IMG/VR virus record: IMGVR_UViG_3300049215_000771
Coordinates: 186,001-250,000 of that record
Direction: 5' to 3' (one strand)
DNA length: 64,000 nt
In this document: one piece after another, positions 55,229 through 63,676 of the stretch
Position numbering within the stretch: the stretch's first letter is position 1
Layout: each line of letters opens with the position of its first letter
Notes under the pieces: model-generated
Database searches by the model: none
Seen by the model: the letters and a program-made list of their open reading frames with translations, nothing else
What the model was told of the DNA's origin: nothing
Translations under genes and position numbers: made by a program

Positions 55229-55938
55229 GCAGTACGGCGTAGAAGTCGATTGGCGTAACTGTCCATATCTTCCGAGCTACGCTGGCGTGGTGTGGAAGCG
55301 TAGTTGAACACATCATCAGCGTCGTTCCAGCGGCTTAACTGATCTTGCCGGTCCTTGGTGACGCTGGCCCGCTTGTTGTTCATAGCTCGTTGATGATCGT
55401 CTACTTGTCCCCGCATCATATTGGCGTGGCTTTGTCCGAAGCGTTGAACGTCTTTACGGAACGAATCTTTACGGACCAGCTTGCTACCCATTTGGGCGTA
55501 GGGTTGTTTCGATTGGCGGTTGACTACGGATACGACAAGTCGCATTAGCGAGTCTGAGGTAAGCTGACCCCTGCTGGCGGTATTGCCTTGCATAATCACT
55601 GCGAATTCATCCCAAACCTGAAAGAGTCTTTGGCAATCCAGGTGTCCGGGGTTGCGTTCGAGGATGAATTTACCGATGGCCCCGGCAACCAGTTTCATAA
55701 GTTGGGGGATGTTGTCCTTGATTTGGCTCCAGAACTCGTTGTCTCCACGGTTGCTGATGAAGGATCGGTCGCCGGGGAGGGATACGGATGCGCCGTCGCC
55801 TTCAGGATGGAAGACGAGGAAGTAGCCGAATTTGGTTTTGAATTGGGGGCTGTGGGCTGTGATAGCTCCACCCTGATCTTGGAGGGTGATGGAGTTGTCA
55901 GTCATTCTCTCAGCGATTTCGAGCCATAAACTAAACAT
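55225..55938 (-). CDS. putative virion protein
   Basis: CTAAATA-N4-ATG; MFSLWLEIAE. Confidence 0.6.
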   Translation of the reverse strand: MFSLWLEIAERMTDNSITLQDQGGAITAHSPQFKTKFGYFLVFHPEGDGASVSLPGDRSFISNRGDNEFWSQIKDNIPQLMKLVAGAIGKFILERNPGHLDCQRLFQVWDEFAVIMQGNTASRGQLTSDSLMRLVVSVVNRQSKQPYAQMGSKLVRKDSFRKDVQRFGQSHANMMRGQVDDHQRAMNNKRASVTKDRQDQLSRWNDADDVFNYASTPRQRSSEDMDSYANRLLRRTA

Positions 55939-56009
55939 GCCATATTTAGCCCTCCCTGGAAGATTTTCTGACCAGGGTGAATTTAATACCGTGGGGCATG
56001 TAGGAACAA

Positions 56010-56270
56010 CTAAGACAATGGCTCGAACTCGACTGCCACAACCTTTCCCTTGTTATGGGAGATGTTGAAGCGGTAGTCGAGCGAGCCATGTTCTACAAAC
56101 AGCTTCAGATCGTCTGAATGCGCTTTGAAGTAGCGTAAAACTTCCTTTCTCATTTCCGCTACAAGTTGTTCCATCGGGTCGATAGAATAACCAACAAATC
56201 GTTTCAGACAACGATTGAGTTCATCAACAACCCGTCTGCGTCCACGTCGTTTGAGCCATACGTTCTTCAT
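56010..56270 (-). CDS. hypothetical protein
   Basis: ORF in - strand run. Confidence 0.55.
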   Translation of the reverse strand: MKNVWLKRRGRRRVVDELNRCLKRFVGYSIDPMEQLVAEMRKEVLRYFKAHSDDLKLFVEHGSLDYRFNISHNKGKVVAVEFEPLS

Positions 56271-56278
56271 GAACGTAT

Positions 56279-56704
56279 CTAGTCATCTTCTTCTGCGCTT
56301 TTTCCAGGCATGGTTTTGCGCTGTTGGGCAATCAATTCGTCAAGCCGCCGTTCTTCTTCCTCGTCGGCGGACTTGTCACGCTTGGGAAGTTTCGGGGGCG
56401 GGGGTTCGACGACTTTGACGGCAGGTGGAGGCGGCGGGGCGGGAGGGTCGAACTTGCGGTCTGCGTAGTGTTGGGCCTTCTCGAAGTTGTGATGGTCCAG
56501 GGCTTTCCGCATCTTCTTCTTGTCGAGAATATGGGCGACGGCTTGTAGCTCGTCAAAGGTGATGGCTCGTGGGAACCACACCTGATCGTGTTCTCCGATG
56601 ATGCAAACTGTTGAGCCATAGGCATTGGAAAGTCTCACCACGTTCTTTCCGAAGCCAGCGTAAGTGTTGTCATGCGACTCCGTTAGATGGGCCAGTTCCC
56701 CCAT
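56279..56704 (-). CDS. hypothetical protein
   Basis: AAGGA SD. Confidence 0.65.
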   Translation of the reverse strand: MGELAHLTESHDNTYAGFGKNVVRLSNAYGSTVCIIGEHDQVWFPRAITFDELQAVAHILDKKKMRKALDHHNFEKAQHYADRKFDPPAPPPPPAVKVVEPPPPKLPKRDKSADEEEERRLDELIAQQRKTMPGKSAEEDD

Positions 56705-56882
56705 TGTGGTCGTTTCCTTTCAGGATGATGAATGCACGAATATCCTTCTTCATGACCCGGCCTGTGTCGAGTTCAACCCAGCGACTCGTCCGGTCCATGA
56801 ACTTCCCCTCCAGCTTCGTCCCGTTCCGAAGGATGATACGGACCTTCTTCCCCCGGTTCGTCCCCGTGTGCGGCACCCTCAT
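56670..56882 (-). CDS. small Sm/SH3-like beta-barrel protein
   Basis: GKKVRI.L.NG....G. Confidence 0.5.
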   Translation of the reverse strand: MRVPHTGTNRGKKVRIILRNGTKLEGKFMDRTSRWVELDTGRVMKKDIRAFIILKGNDHNGGTGPSNGVA

Positions 56883-57090
56883 TGTGGCCCCGCTTCCGGC
56901 GCTTCCGGTTCTTGCCATCCCGCCCATTGAGGGCAGATGACTGATCGTGTCCGTAGTCGTACTCGTCCCATTGTGCTTCTTCCGGGTGGTCGTCAAGTGC
57001 TTTTTTGAAGAACAGGCGGGCTTTCTTGTTACCCGTCTTCTTGACGTGACGCTTCAACTCCCTGTAAAATCGTTTGTCGTCGTTACTCAT
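56773..57090 (-). CDS. hypothetical basic protein
   Basis: AGGA SD; overlaps next gene. Confidence 0.5.
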   Translation of the reverse strand: MSNDDKRFYRELKRHVKKTGNKKARLFFKKALDDHPEEAQWDEYDYGHDQSSALNGRDGKNRKRRKRGHNEGAAHGDEPGEEGPYHPSERDEAGGEVHGPDESLG

Positions 57091-57122
57091 GGTAATGTTC
57101 CTGTCGGTATGTACCCTCCTGA

Positions 57123-57488
57123 CTAAGAAACCTCCATCACTTCGCCCTGGAGAACCAGTTCCTCCACCGGAACCCATTCCTCCAAGTTGTTACTCATGAC
57201 CGGCTTGCCACCCTTCATCCGATTCACGGCCAGCGTGACATGCTTGCGAGCGTTGGTTGAAGGAACTACACATTCGACTCCCGCCGCCAGCACTAAAGGA
57301 TTGATGGCCAAGGACTTAACGATCACGTCCACGGTCTGGCCGAGGAACGGCTGAACAGTTTCGGGGGCCGAACCCATGTTGCAAGTCATGTGGTGGGCGA
57401 TAACTTCCCAGCCTTCCGGCAAGTCCTTCTTGAAGGCGACGAGCAGTTTGGCCTGGGATTCCAGCGTCAAAACAACAGCGGTGTACAT
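57123..57488 (-). CDS. 2H phosphoesterase (tRNA-ligase CPDase-like)
   Basis: HHMT and HVTL motifs, GKP..SN. Confidence 0.7.
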   Translation of the reverse strand: MYTAVVLTLESQAKLLVAFKKDLPEGWEVIAHHMTCNMGSAPETVQPFLGQTVDVIVKSLAINPLVLAAGVECVVPSTNARKHVTLAVNRMKGGKPVMSNNLEEWVPVEELVLQGEVMEVS

Positions 57489-57490
57489 TT

Positions 57491-57715
57491 CTACGATCCT
57501 CCTTGGTAGTATAGACCGCAGATGTCCATCTTAGGTTCGGAAAGTTCTTCTCGAACGCTTTCTTCAGCTTCCAGGGCGTTGAACAAGGCATCGAGTTGGG
57601 AAGCCTCACGAGCAAACTTGGGTTGATTGCTCAACGCTTCAATCGCCAGCTTCCAGACACGAAGGGTTTCCAGCCCTTTGGGTTCGGCGTCAGCGAGTTC
57701 CATCAGGTCGAACAT
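57491..57715 (-). CDS. hypothetical protein
   Basis: ORF in run. Confidence 0.55.
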   Translation of the reverse strand: MFDLMELADAEPKGLETLRVWKLAIEALSNQPKFAREASQLDALFNALEAEESVREELSEPKMDICGLYYQGGS

Positions 57716-58094
57716 CTTTTCGATCCTTGACGGTTTGCGGCCTTGAGTCGAACGGGCTGCCGGCGAACTTCTTGATGTCGCCGCTTTCGTAGCCCGGCCT
57801 GAGAATGCCTTCGATTTCATCGAAGTAGGCGATGAAGTTTCGCCTGATCCCTTCCATGTCCTCGATGAAAACAACAGAAATCTTGCGGTCGGAGGGCGGA
57901 TACATCAACCGGATCATGTACATTTTTTCAACAGAAATGTCCACGCCCCGGTTGATGCGGGCTTGCTCCGCTGTCGCAACCATGCCGTCAAGAACGTCTC
58001 GTGGGATGGCATCCATGATGGAACCAGTCACCCTGTACTCCAGGATACCAATTACCAGTGTCGGACCCATGCTGTCCCAATTGAACCCGTTCAT
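57690..58094 (-). CDS. hypothetical protein
   Basis: ATGA coupling. Confidence 0.65.
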   Translation of the reverse strand: MNGFNWDSMGPTLVIGILEYRVTGSIMDAIPRDVLDGMVATAEQARINRGVDISVEKMYMIRLMYPPSDRKISVVFIEDMEGIRRNFIAYFDEIEGILRPGYESGDIKKFAGSPFDSRPQTVKDRKDVRPDGTR

Positions 58095-58852
58095 TGCTCG
58101 TCATCCCCCACTTCCTCATTTTCCCATTTCTCGATTTCTTCCTCCTCCTTGGGACGAGCCGCCGCCATTTCTTCCTTCGTGGACAGGTGATAGATGCGCC
58201 GGTAGAGTTCGGACTGGACGAAATCGAGGGCGTTCAACTCCTGAAGGTCCAGCTTCCTCTCCCGACTGAGTTTGCAGAACTGTGCCTGGGCAGCTTGCAA
58301 ATCTTCATCCGTGAGTTCGGGCTGGCGTTTGTCCATCGCCGGGCTGCGGCTTTCCAGGGTGGTCGGTTCACAGCGGCCTCGCTTGATGATCGGTTTCGCC
58401 TTGCCCGACTTGTTACCGATCATGACGGTTTCGCCGTTCTCGTCCTCATCCATCGTGTAGTAGGAATCACCATCTTCCCCGAACGGGCAGTAGTCGGAAA
58501 GCAAGATGATTTGTTCCGGGTGGTGTTGGAAATCGAGCGCCGAGTGAGTGGACTGGACATTCTCGCCCTTGTCGTCGCTACACATCTCCTGCACGGAGCC
58601 AATGGCGAAGGCAGGTTCCAGCATGATAGAATCGCTGATGCTGCCGCCTGGACTCAGGATTTGAACCTGTTGGGCCAGTTGTTCGGGCGTCATTTTGTCC
58701 AGGTATGCCTTCAGATCGGCGTAGGTGAAGTCAGGCTTGCGCTCGTATTTCAGGTTGTCCTTATTGCACCGTTTTTGCAGCATCAGGCGTTCCTTCTTCT
58801 GCTTGTGGTGCCGGTCGAACGCTTTGTTGGTTTGTTCCTTGCGTGTTGCCAT
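58091..58852 (-). CDS. hypothetical protein
   Basis: AAGGGA SD. Confidence 0.7.
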   Translation of the reverse strand: MATRKEQTNKAFDRHHKQKKERLMLQKRCNKDNLKYERKPDFTYADLKAYLDKMTPEQLAQQVQILSPGGSISDSIMLEPAFAIGSVQEMCSDDKGENVQSTHSALDFQHHPEQIILLSDYCPFGEDGDSYYTMDEDENGETVMIGNKSGKAKPIIKRGRCEPTTLESRSPAMDKRQPELTDEDLQAAQAQFCKLSRERKLDLQELNALDFVQSELYRRIYHLSTKEEMAAARPKEEEEIEKWENEEVGDDEQ

Positions 58853-58911
58853 ATGTCGATCCCTTTCTCGAACGGGTCCGGGGGCGATTCTTACGCCTAC
58901 GATGGCCTCGT

Positions 58912-59268
58912 TTACCCCTGCTCACCGTAGTCTCCTTCATCGTCAATGGATCGGTATTGGGTTTTGTTTTTTCCTTTCTTCTTGGCGGCTTCAGCCTTCT
59001 TCTTGCGGATTGTCTCCCAGGCTTTCTTGGCAGCAGCAGATCGCTTGGCGTGCAAAGCAGCTTTTTTGGCCTGTTCCTCCAGGGCTTTCTTATCCTGGGC
59101 AGTACCGTTGACCACGGTGGTCGGGATGTAGACAGGCTGTGCGGCCTGGTGCCCTCCGCTGCGTGGCTTGCGAAAGTGCCCTGCCCTAACGTGTTTCGTC
59201 TTCGTGTTGAACAGTTTGTTGTTCATTGCCGCCAATCGCTCAATAAAAAAATCTGCTACCGTAGGCAT
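58912..59268 (-). CDS. Lys/Ala-rich basic protein with C-terminal YRSIDD motif
   Basis: AAKKAWET.R motif; leaderless sigma70 promoter. Confidence 0.65.
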   Translation of the reverse strand: MPTVADFFIERLAAMNNKLFNTKTKHVRAGHFRKPRSGGHQAAQPVYIPTTVVNGTAQDKKALEEQAKKAALHAKRSAAAKKAWETIRKKKAEAAKKKGKNKTQYRSIDDEGDYGEQG

Positions 59269-59274
59269 TCAGGG

Positions 59275-59303
59275 ATGATACCACGAAAAAAGCCGAGTGT
59301 AAA
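59275..59303 (-). promoter_or_regulatory. sigma70-type promoter, leaderless
   Basis: TTTACA-N17-TATCAT on - strand, ATG 6 nt downstream. Confidence 0.7.
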
Positions 59304-59363
59304 CCACTCGGCTTCTTCCGGCCCAAGGCCAGCCCCCTTATGGCCCTGGGACTTCTCTCTGGA

Positions 59364-60536
59364 TCAAAGTATATCGGACACTGGCGGGGTCCGCAAGATC
59401 ACCCTGCCAAAATTCCGGGGACCAACTTTGACCACTTGGCCCGGACATACAGAACCATCTTGGTCTACTTTCTGTCCATCAACACTCACGCCGCCCTGCG
59501 CCAGCAAACGCTTGGCTTCTGTTTTACTGCATTTGCGAATGGCGATAATCGCCTGCATAAGTGTATCCACTTGCACAAAGGGAATATCTTTCGGGACTTC
59601 CTTCTGCACAATGGTCTTGGTGAAATGCTCCCAGGCGGCATTGGCTTCTGCTTGGCCGTATAGCTGCTTTGTAATATCCCAGGCCAGTTGCATTTTTTCT
59701 TCCATCGGACCAAGCACAGCGGCCTCGTTCGGCTCCGAGGACAACAAGGGAATCCACTCCCTCATTACGTCGTCGGAAATACTCATCACCTTGCCGAAAA
59801 CATCCACCGGATCGTCGTCCAGCCAGATGCAGTTGTTGTAAGATTTACTCATCTTCCTGCCATCCGTGCCGTTGATGATCGGCGTCAGCACGGACAACTG
59901 CGGCTTCTGGCCCCATTGTTCCTGAAGGAACCGGGCGATCTGGAAGTTGAAGAGTTGATCTTGACCGCCGATCTCAATTTCTGTTTTCAGGGCGACTGAA
60001 TCCCAGCCCTGGAGAATGGGCACCAGAAGTTCGTGGAGGCCGAGCGGGTTGTTGTTTTGCATCCTGGTCTGGAAAGAAGCACGAGCCAGCATTTGCTGGA
60101 CGGTGAACTTGCTCGCCAGAAGCATCATATCCGGCACTTTCATTTGATTGAAAGATGCCTCCCCGTTGTTGAAGATCGGGATGTCATGTCCCAAAATACG
60201 CCGGACCATGACCGTGATATGGCTGGCGTTATTCAGGACTTCTTCTTCGGTAAGAATAGGCCGTGTGGTATCCCGGCCAGAAGGGTCGCCCATTTGCGCC
60301 GTGAAGGTGCCGATGACAATGGTGACATCGTGGCCATTGTCCTGAAATTTCTTGACGACTCGGAGCGGTACAAGATGTCCCAGGTGCAAGCGGGGGAAGG
60401 TCGGATCAATACCGAACTTGACCCTGGCTTTTGTGGGAATGGTGTTGTGTGTTGGGCAGCCGTAGGGGGCAAACGAAGCATCAATGGGGAACTTCGTACA
60501 ATTGAGCGTCAGTCCGTGTTCTGTCCATTTCTTCAT
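59364..60536 (-). CDS. tyrS: tyrosine--tRNA ligase
   Basis: G.DPT...LHLGH (HIGH), GG.DQ.FN, KMSKS, C-terminal S4 domain. Confidence 0.95.
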   Translation of the reverse strand: MKKWTEHGLTLNCTKFPIDASFAPYGCPTHNTIPTKARVKFGIDPTFPRLHLGHLVPLRVVKKFQDNGHDVTIVIGTFTAQMGDPSGRDTTRPILTEEEVLNNASHITVMVRRILGHDIPIFNNGEASFNQMKVPDMMLLASKFTVQQMLARASFQTRMQNNNPLGLHELLVPILQGWDSVALKTEIEIGGQDQLFNFQIARFLQEQWGQKPQLSVLTPIINGTDGRKMSKSYNNCIWLDDDPVDVFGKVMSISDDVMREWIPLLSSEPNEAAVLGPMEEKMQLAWDITKQLYGQAEANAAWEHFTKTIVQKEVPKDIPFVQVDTLMQAIIAIRKCSKTEAKRLLAQGGVSVDGQKVDQDGSVCPGQVVKVGPRNFGRVILRTPPVSDIL

Positions 60537-60694
60537 CAGTCACCGACCTTTGCGAGAAAATAGCCAATGGCGACCCCGATCAGCAGCACAACGACCGTGC
60601 GAGACAAATGAATGAGGCTCCAGTAGGTGTACGGGTTCAGGGTACTGACCAGAAAAAGCACCACCAGAATGATGAGTATCCATTTGCCTTTCAT
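60536..60694 (-). CDS. small two-TM membrane protein
   Basis: MKGKWILIILVVLFL...VVVLLIGVAIGYFL; coupled on both sides. Confidence 0.55.
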   Translation of the reverse strand: MKGKWILIILVVLFLVSTLNPYTYWSLIHLSRTVVVLLIGVAIGYFLAKVGD

Positions 60695-61074
60695 TTTGGC
60701 TCCCAGGGATCGTCAATGGAACGATGATGCTTCAGGCCCATAGCAACCAGATAATCATCAAGGTTCATCTTCATGTGTTTCAAAATAGCGTCCCGTATTT
60801 GGGGGTGGCTATCCCAGCGGGCGGTCCCACGTCCGTACCCCACACCTGTTTGCCTTTCAACCTCGAAGTAGAACTCAGCAAGTTTCTTCCTGAAGTTGTC
60901 GATTTGGATAGGGTTAGCCCCTACCAGTTCATCAATCATACATTCCACCTGGAACATTATGATGGAGTCCCCGGTGGAATACTGTGTGCCCTGATGGTAG
61001 GCTAGGATGGCCTCCAGGAACAAGGCGAACACTTTGTTCGCTTCCTCATCCAGTTTCTTCTGCTTGCCAGTCAT
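60691..61074 (-). CDS. stand-alone PrkA C-terminal domain-like protein, ends HRSIDDPW
   Basis: A.K.F..FL..I.AY ... DNFR.....F ... WDSH..IR.AI. Confidence 0.55.
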   Translation of the reverse strand: MTGKQKKLDEEANKVFALFLEAILAYHQGTQYSTGDSIIMFQVECMIDELVGANPIQIDNFRKKLAEFYFEVERQTGVGYGRGTARWDSHPQIRDAILKHMKMNLDDYLVAMGLKHHRSIDDPWEPK

Positions 61075-61429
61075 CGTCGATGCTTCTGTATTTGCCTGTG
61101 ATTCCCTCCCATTTCGGGATAGGCTGGCCCTGTTTCAAATATAACTGAATAGCATGAGCCAGCGTGGGATTGCAATCCCAGGTTATCTTCTTCCCATTGT
61201 AGTTGAGATGGCCGAAGAAAGCGAAAACCATCCGGCGAAAGTCATCAGCCCCTTGTTCCGGGATGTCGGCACACTCCTCAACGGCTCGCATGAATTGATG
61301 TTCTTCATCCGAGAGTCTGCGAGTTTTCTCGTACAACGGATAGCCTTGACGGTCGCTCATGCCAACAGTGAGGTAGTGATCTACACACGAGGCATAATAC
61401 CCGAATAGCCTCTCCCGGTCATCCATCAT
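61046..61429 (-). CDS. stand-alone PrkA C-terminal domain-like protein, ends YRSIDDDW
   Basis: FMR.VEE...IPE...DDFRR.V..F.G.L...GK...WD.N..L..AI...L. Confidence 0.65.
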   Translation of the reverse strand: MMDDRERLFGYYASCVDHYLTVGMSDRQGYPLYEKTRRLSDEEHQFMRAVEECADIPEQGADDFRRMVFAFFGHLNYNGKKITWDCNPTLAHAIQLYLKQGQPIPKWEGITGKYRSIDDDWQAEETG

Positions 61430-61713
61430 TTACCCTCGAAAATTTCTCGAATGGATTTTGGCTCACTGACACCTTCATCGGTAAGGTGGTGCATCTTCAT
61501 GTTGTCGAGAGTTTCCTTGTCGGAAAGTATGATGATACACTTCATGCAAGCGACCCCAGCTTCTTGCAACTTGATTTTCTCAAGTTGTTTCGGGCCGAGC
61601 CACATGCTGTTTTTGCAGACTGGACAGTGGACGAGTTTGAACCCATCTTGGGTTGTCCAGTTGGGTGCCCCGAAAGGCATCCCGGCGATGATGGGAATGA
61701 TTTCGTCGCTCAT
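61426..61713 (-). CDS. hypothetical zinc-finger protein
   Basis: CPVC...W..P...CMKC. Confidence 0.6.
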   Translation of the reverse strand: MSDEIIPIIAGMPFGAPNWTTQDGFKLVHCPVCKNSMWLGPKQLEKIKLQEAGVACMKCIIILSDKETLDNMKMHHLTDEGVSEPKSIREIFEGK

Positions 61714-62123
61714 TGTGGGTCCACCTTCTCCATCAGCGTTTCCTGCGATGAGTTGTTGCGATCAGCCCATAGCATCTGAACAGGATCGGCTGTAGTGACG
61801 GTAATGATAACCTCACCTGCCAATTTTTCATTAGCATCGGTTTTGGTGTACAGTTTGACTGCCGATTTGTCGGCATTGAACTCCAGGCGAAGCTGTTGTG
61901 TTTGGCCCTGCTGATCCTTGCCGGCCACGAACTGAGTGGCAACACCATCTTTGATGTCGATATAGACATCGTTGCACTCGTAACCCTTGCCATCAGGCCC
62001 GACGATCTGAAGGATATACCACCGACCCTCGATTTCCTTCAGGTCAGTGATACCCTTCGTCACGGGCTTGTTGCTGGAGCAGCCAACCAGGGCGAACAAG
62101 ATGATGGGAAGTAACTTTCTCAC
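61710..62123 (-). CDS. lipoprotein, lipocalin/TIGR03067-like
   Basis: LVGC lipobox; DLK.IEG.W. Confidence 0.55.
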   Translation of the reverse strand: MRKLLPIILFALVGCSSNKPVTKGITDLKEIEGRWYILQIVGPDGKGYECNDVYIDIKDGVATQFVAGKDQQGQTQQLRLEFNADKSAVKLYTKTDANEKLAGEVIITVTTADPVQMLWADRNNSSQETLMEKVDPQ

Positions 62124-63673
62124 TTTGGCCTCTGATGAGGGAAGGTGATGACATCCCTGATGGCGTCCGTCTCGGCGTAGAGCATGGCGAGGCGGTCGAT
62201 GCCAATGCCCAACCCTCCTGCGGGCGGCATCCCGACAATCAAGGCGTCAAGGAAGTCGTAGTCGATCCTTGGATCGTGTTGTCCCGGCTGGAGGCCCAAC
62301 TGCTTCTCGAAGTTGGCCTGTTGCACGTCGGGGTTGTTGAGTTCAGTGTAAGCGTTGGCGATCTCCATACCGTTGACGAACAACTCCCAGCGGTCACAAA
62401 TCCAGCCCTGCCACTGTTCGTCGTCACGAGGCTTCGCCAGTGGACAAAGGACGGATGGGTAGCCGAACACGAAGGTTGGCTCGGTCAACTGCGGCTGGAT
62501 GATCTTGTCGAACACAGCCTCCAGACGATCAACCAGCGGCGTCAACAGGGGCAGACCGGACTTGTGCGCCAGTTCTGCGTCCAGGTCGTGGTGCCACTGA
62601 ATGACGTACCTTGGGTCGCCCTGCATCAAACTAGGGCTGTTTGGATCGTACTGCCATTCCGGGGCAAGGACGTGTTCCAACAAGGTGATGTTGCAATACT
62701 CCTGAAAAAGATCGCCGTAGGTCGTCGTCCTGGCATTGGCGATGTTGTTTAGGCCGAGAGCGCCGGCGATCTGGCGAGTGATGTAGGCCATCGACTCGAC
62801 ATCACCGTAGGCTTCGTACAATTCGAGCATCGTAAACTCAGGATTGTGGGTCCGATCCACGCCCTCGTTCCTGAAGTTCTTGCCGATCTCGTAAATCTTC
62901 TCCATACCGCCAACGAGCAACTTCTTCAGGTACAACTCCGGGGCAATGCGAAGGTACAAGTTGGCGTTGTAGGCGTTGTGATGGGTTTGGAACGGACGAG
63001 CAGCGGCCCCACCTGCAATGGGTTGTAGGATTGGGGTTTCTACTTCCGTGAAGCCGTGCTTGTTGAGACACTGCCTGATCTTCCAGACCATCTCGCTCCG
63101 CTTCTGGAGAGTTTTCACCGCCCCTTCCCGGTAGATCAGTTCCAGGTGTCGGTTGCGGGAAAAGACTTCAGGATCGGTAATTCCGTGGAACTTGTCGGGA
63201 GGCGTAGCCAGGCTTTTGCAAAGCATGGTGATCTCGTTAATGCGAAGGCTGATCTCGCCGGTCCTGGTGGCCGTGAGGTAGCCTTGAACGCCAACGATGT
63301 CGCCCGGCAAGAGATTCTGGACGATGTACCAGGGCATCGGGTAATCGGTGCCATTGATGCTGCAAGAACTTACGCCGTCCCACAGGTCGCCCTTGGAAGC
63401 CCAAATCTGAATGGTTTCCGTGGAGTCCCGGAGATGGAAAAATACCAGCTTGCCGAAGTCATTCTTGGACATGACCCGGCCAGCAGCCTTGAATGTGACT
63501 TCCTTGTTGTCCTTGTGCGTCTCGAATTGCCGGCGAATGGTGTCGATGGGCGTGATGCCCTCGAACTTCTGGCCGTAGGGGTCCAGATCGCCGTGCATGA
63601 TGCCGGTCGAGAGTTGTGACAGGATTTCCCGCCTGCGGAGGCGGTCTTGGTAGAGTTGATCTGCGGTGTGCAT
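62120..63673 (-). CDS. lysS: lysine--tRNA ligase (class II)
   Basis: OB anticodon domain AGR.M....FGK..F; F.EVETP.LQ...GGA.ARPF.THHN; YLRIAPELYLK; FRNEG.D.THNPEFT.LE.Y; GMPP.GG.G.GIDRL. Confidence 0.97.
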   Translation of the reverse strand: MHTADQLYQDRLRRREILSQLSTGIMHGDLDPYGQKFEGITPIDTIRRQFETHKDNKEVTFKAAGRVMSKNDFGKLVFFHLRDSTETIQIWASKGDLWDGVSSCSINGTDYPMPWYIVQNLLPGDIVGVQGYLTATRTGEISLRINEITMLCKSLATPPDKFHGITDPEVFSRNRHLELIYREGAVKTLQKRSEMVWKIRQCLNKHGFTEVETPILQPIAGGAAARPFQTHHNAYNANLYLRIAPELYLKKLLVGGMEKIYEIGKNFRNEGVDRTHNPEFTMLELYEAYGDVESMAYITRQIAGALGLNNIANARTTTYGDLFQEYCNITLLEHVLAPEWQYDPNSPSLMQGDPRYVIQWHHDLDAELAHKSGLPLLTPLVDRLEAVFDKIIQPQLTEPTFVFGYPSVLCPLAKPRDDEQWQGWICDRWELFVNGMEIANAYTELNNPDVQQANFEKQLGLQPGQHDPRIDYDFLDALIVGMPPAGGLGIGIDRLAMLYAETDAIRDVITFPHQRPK

Positions 63674-63676
63674 TGA

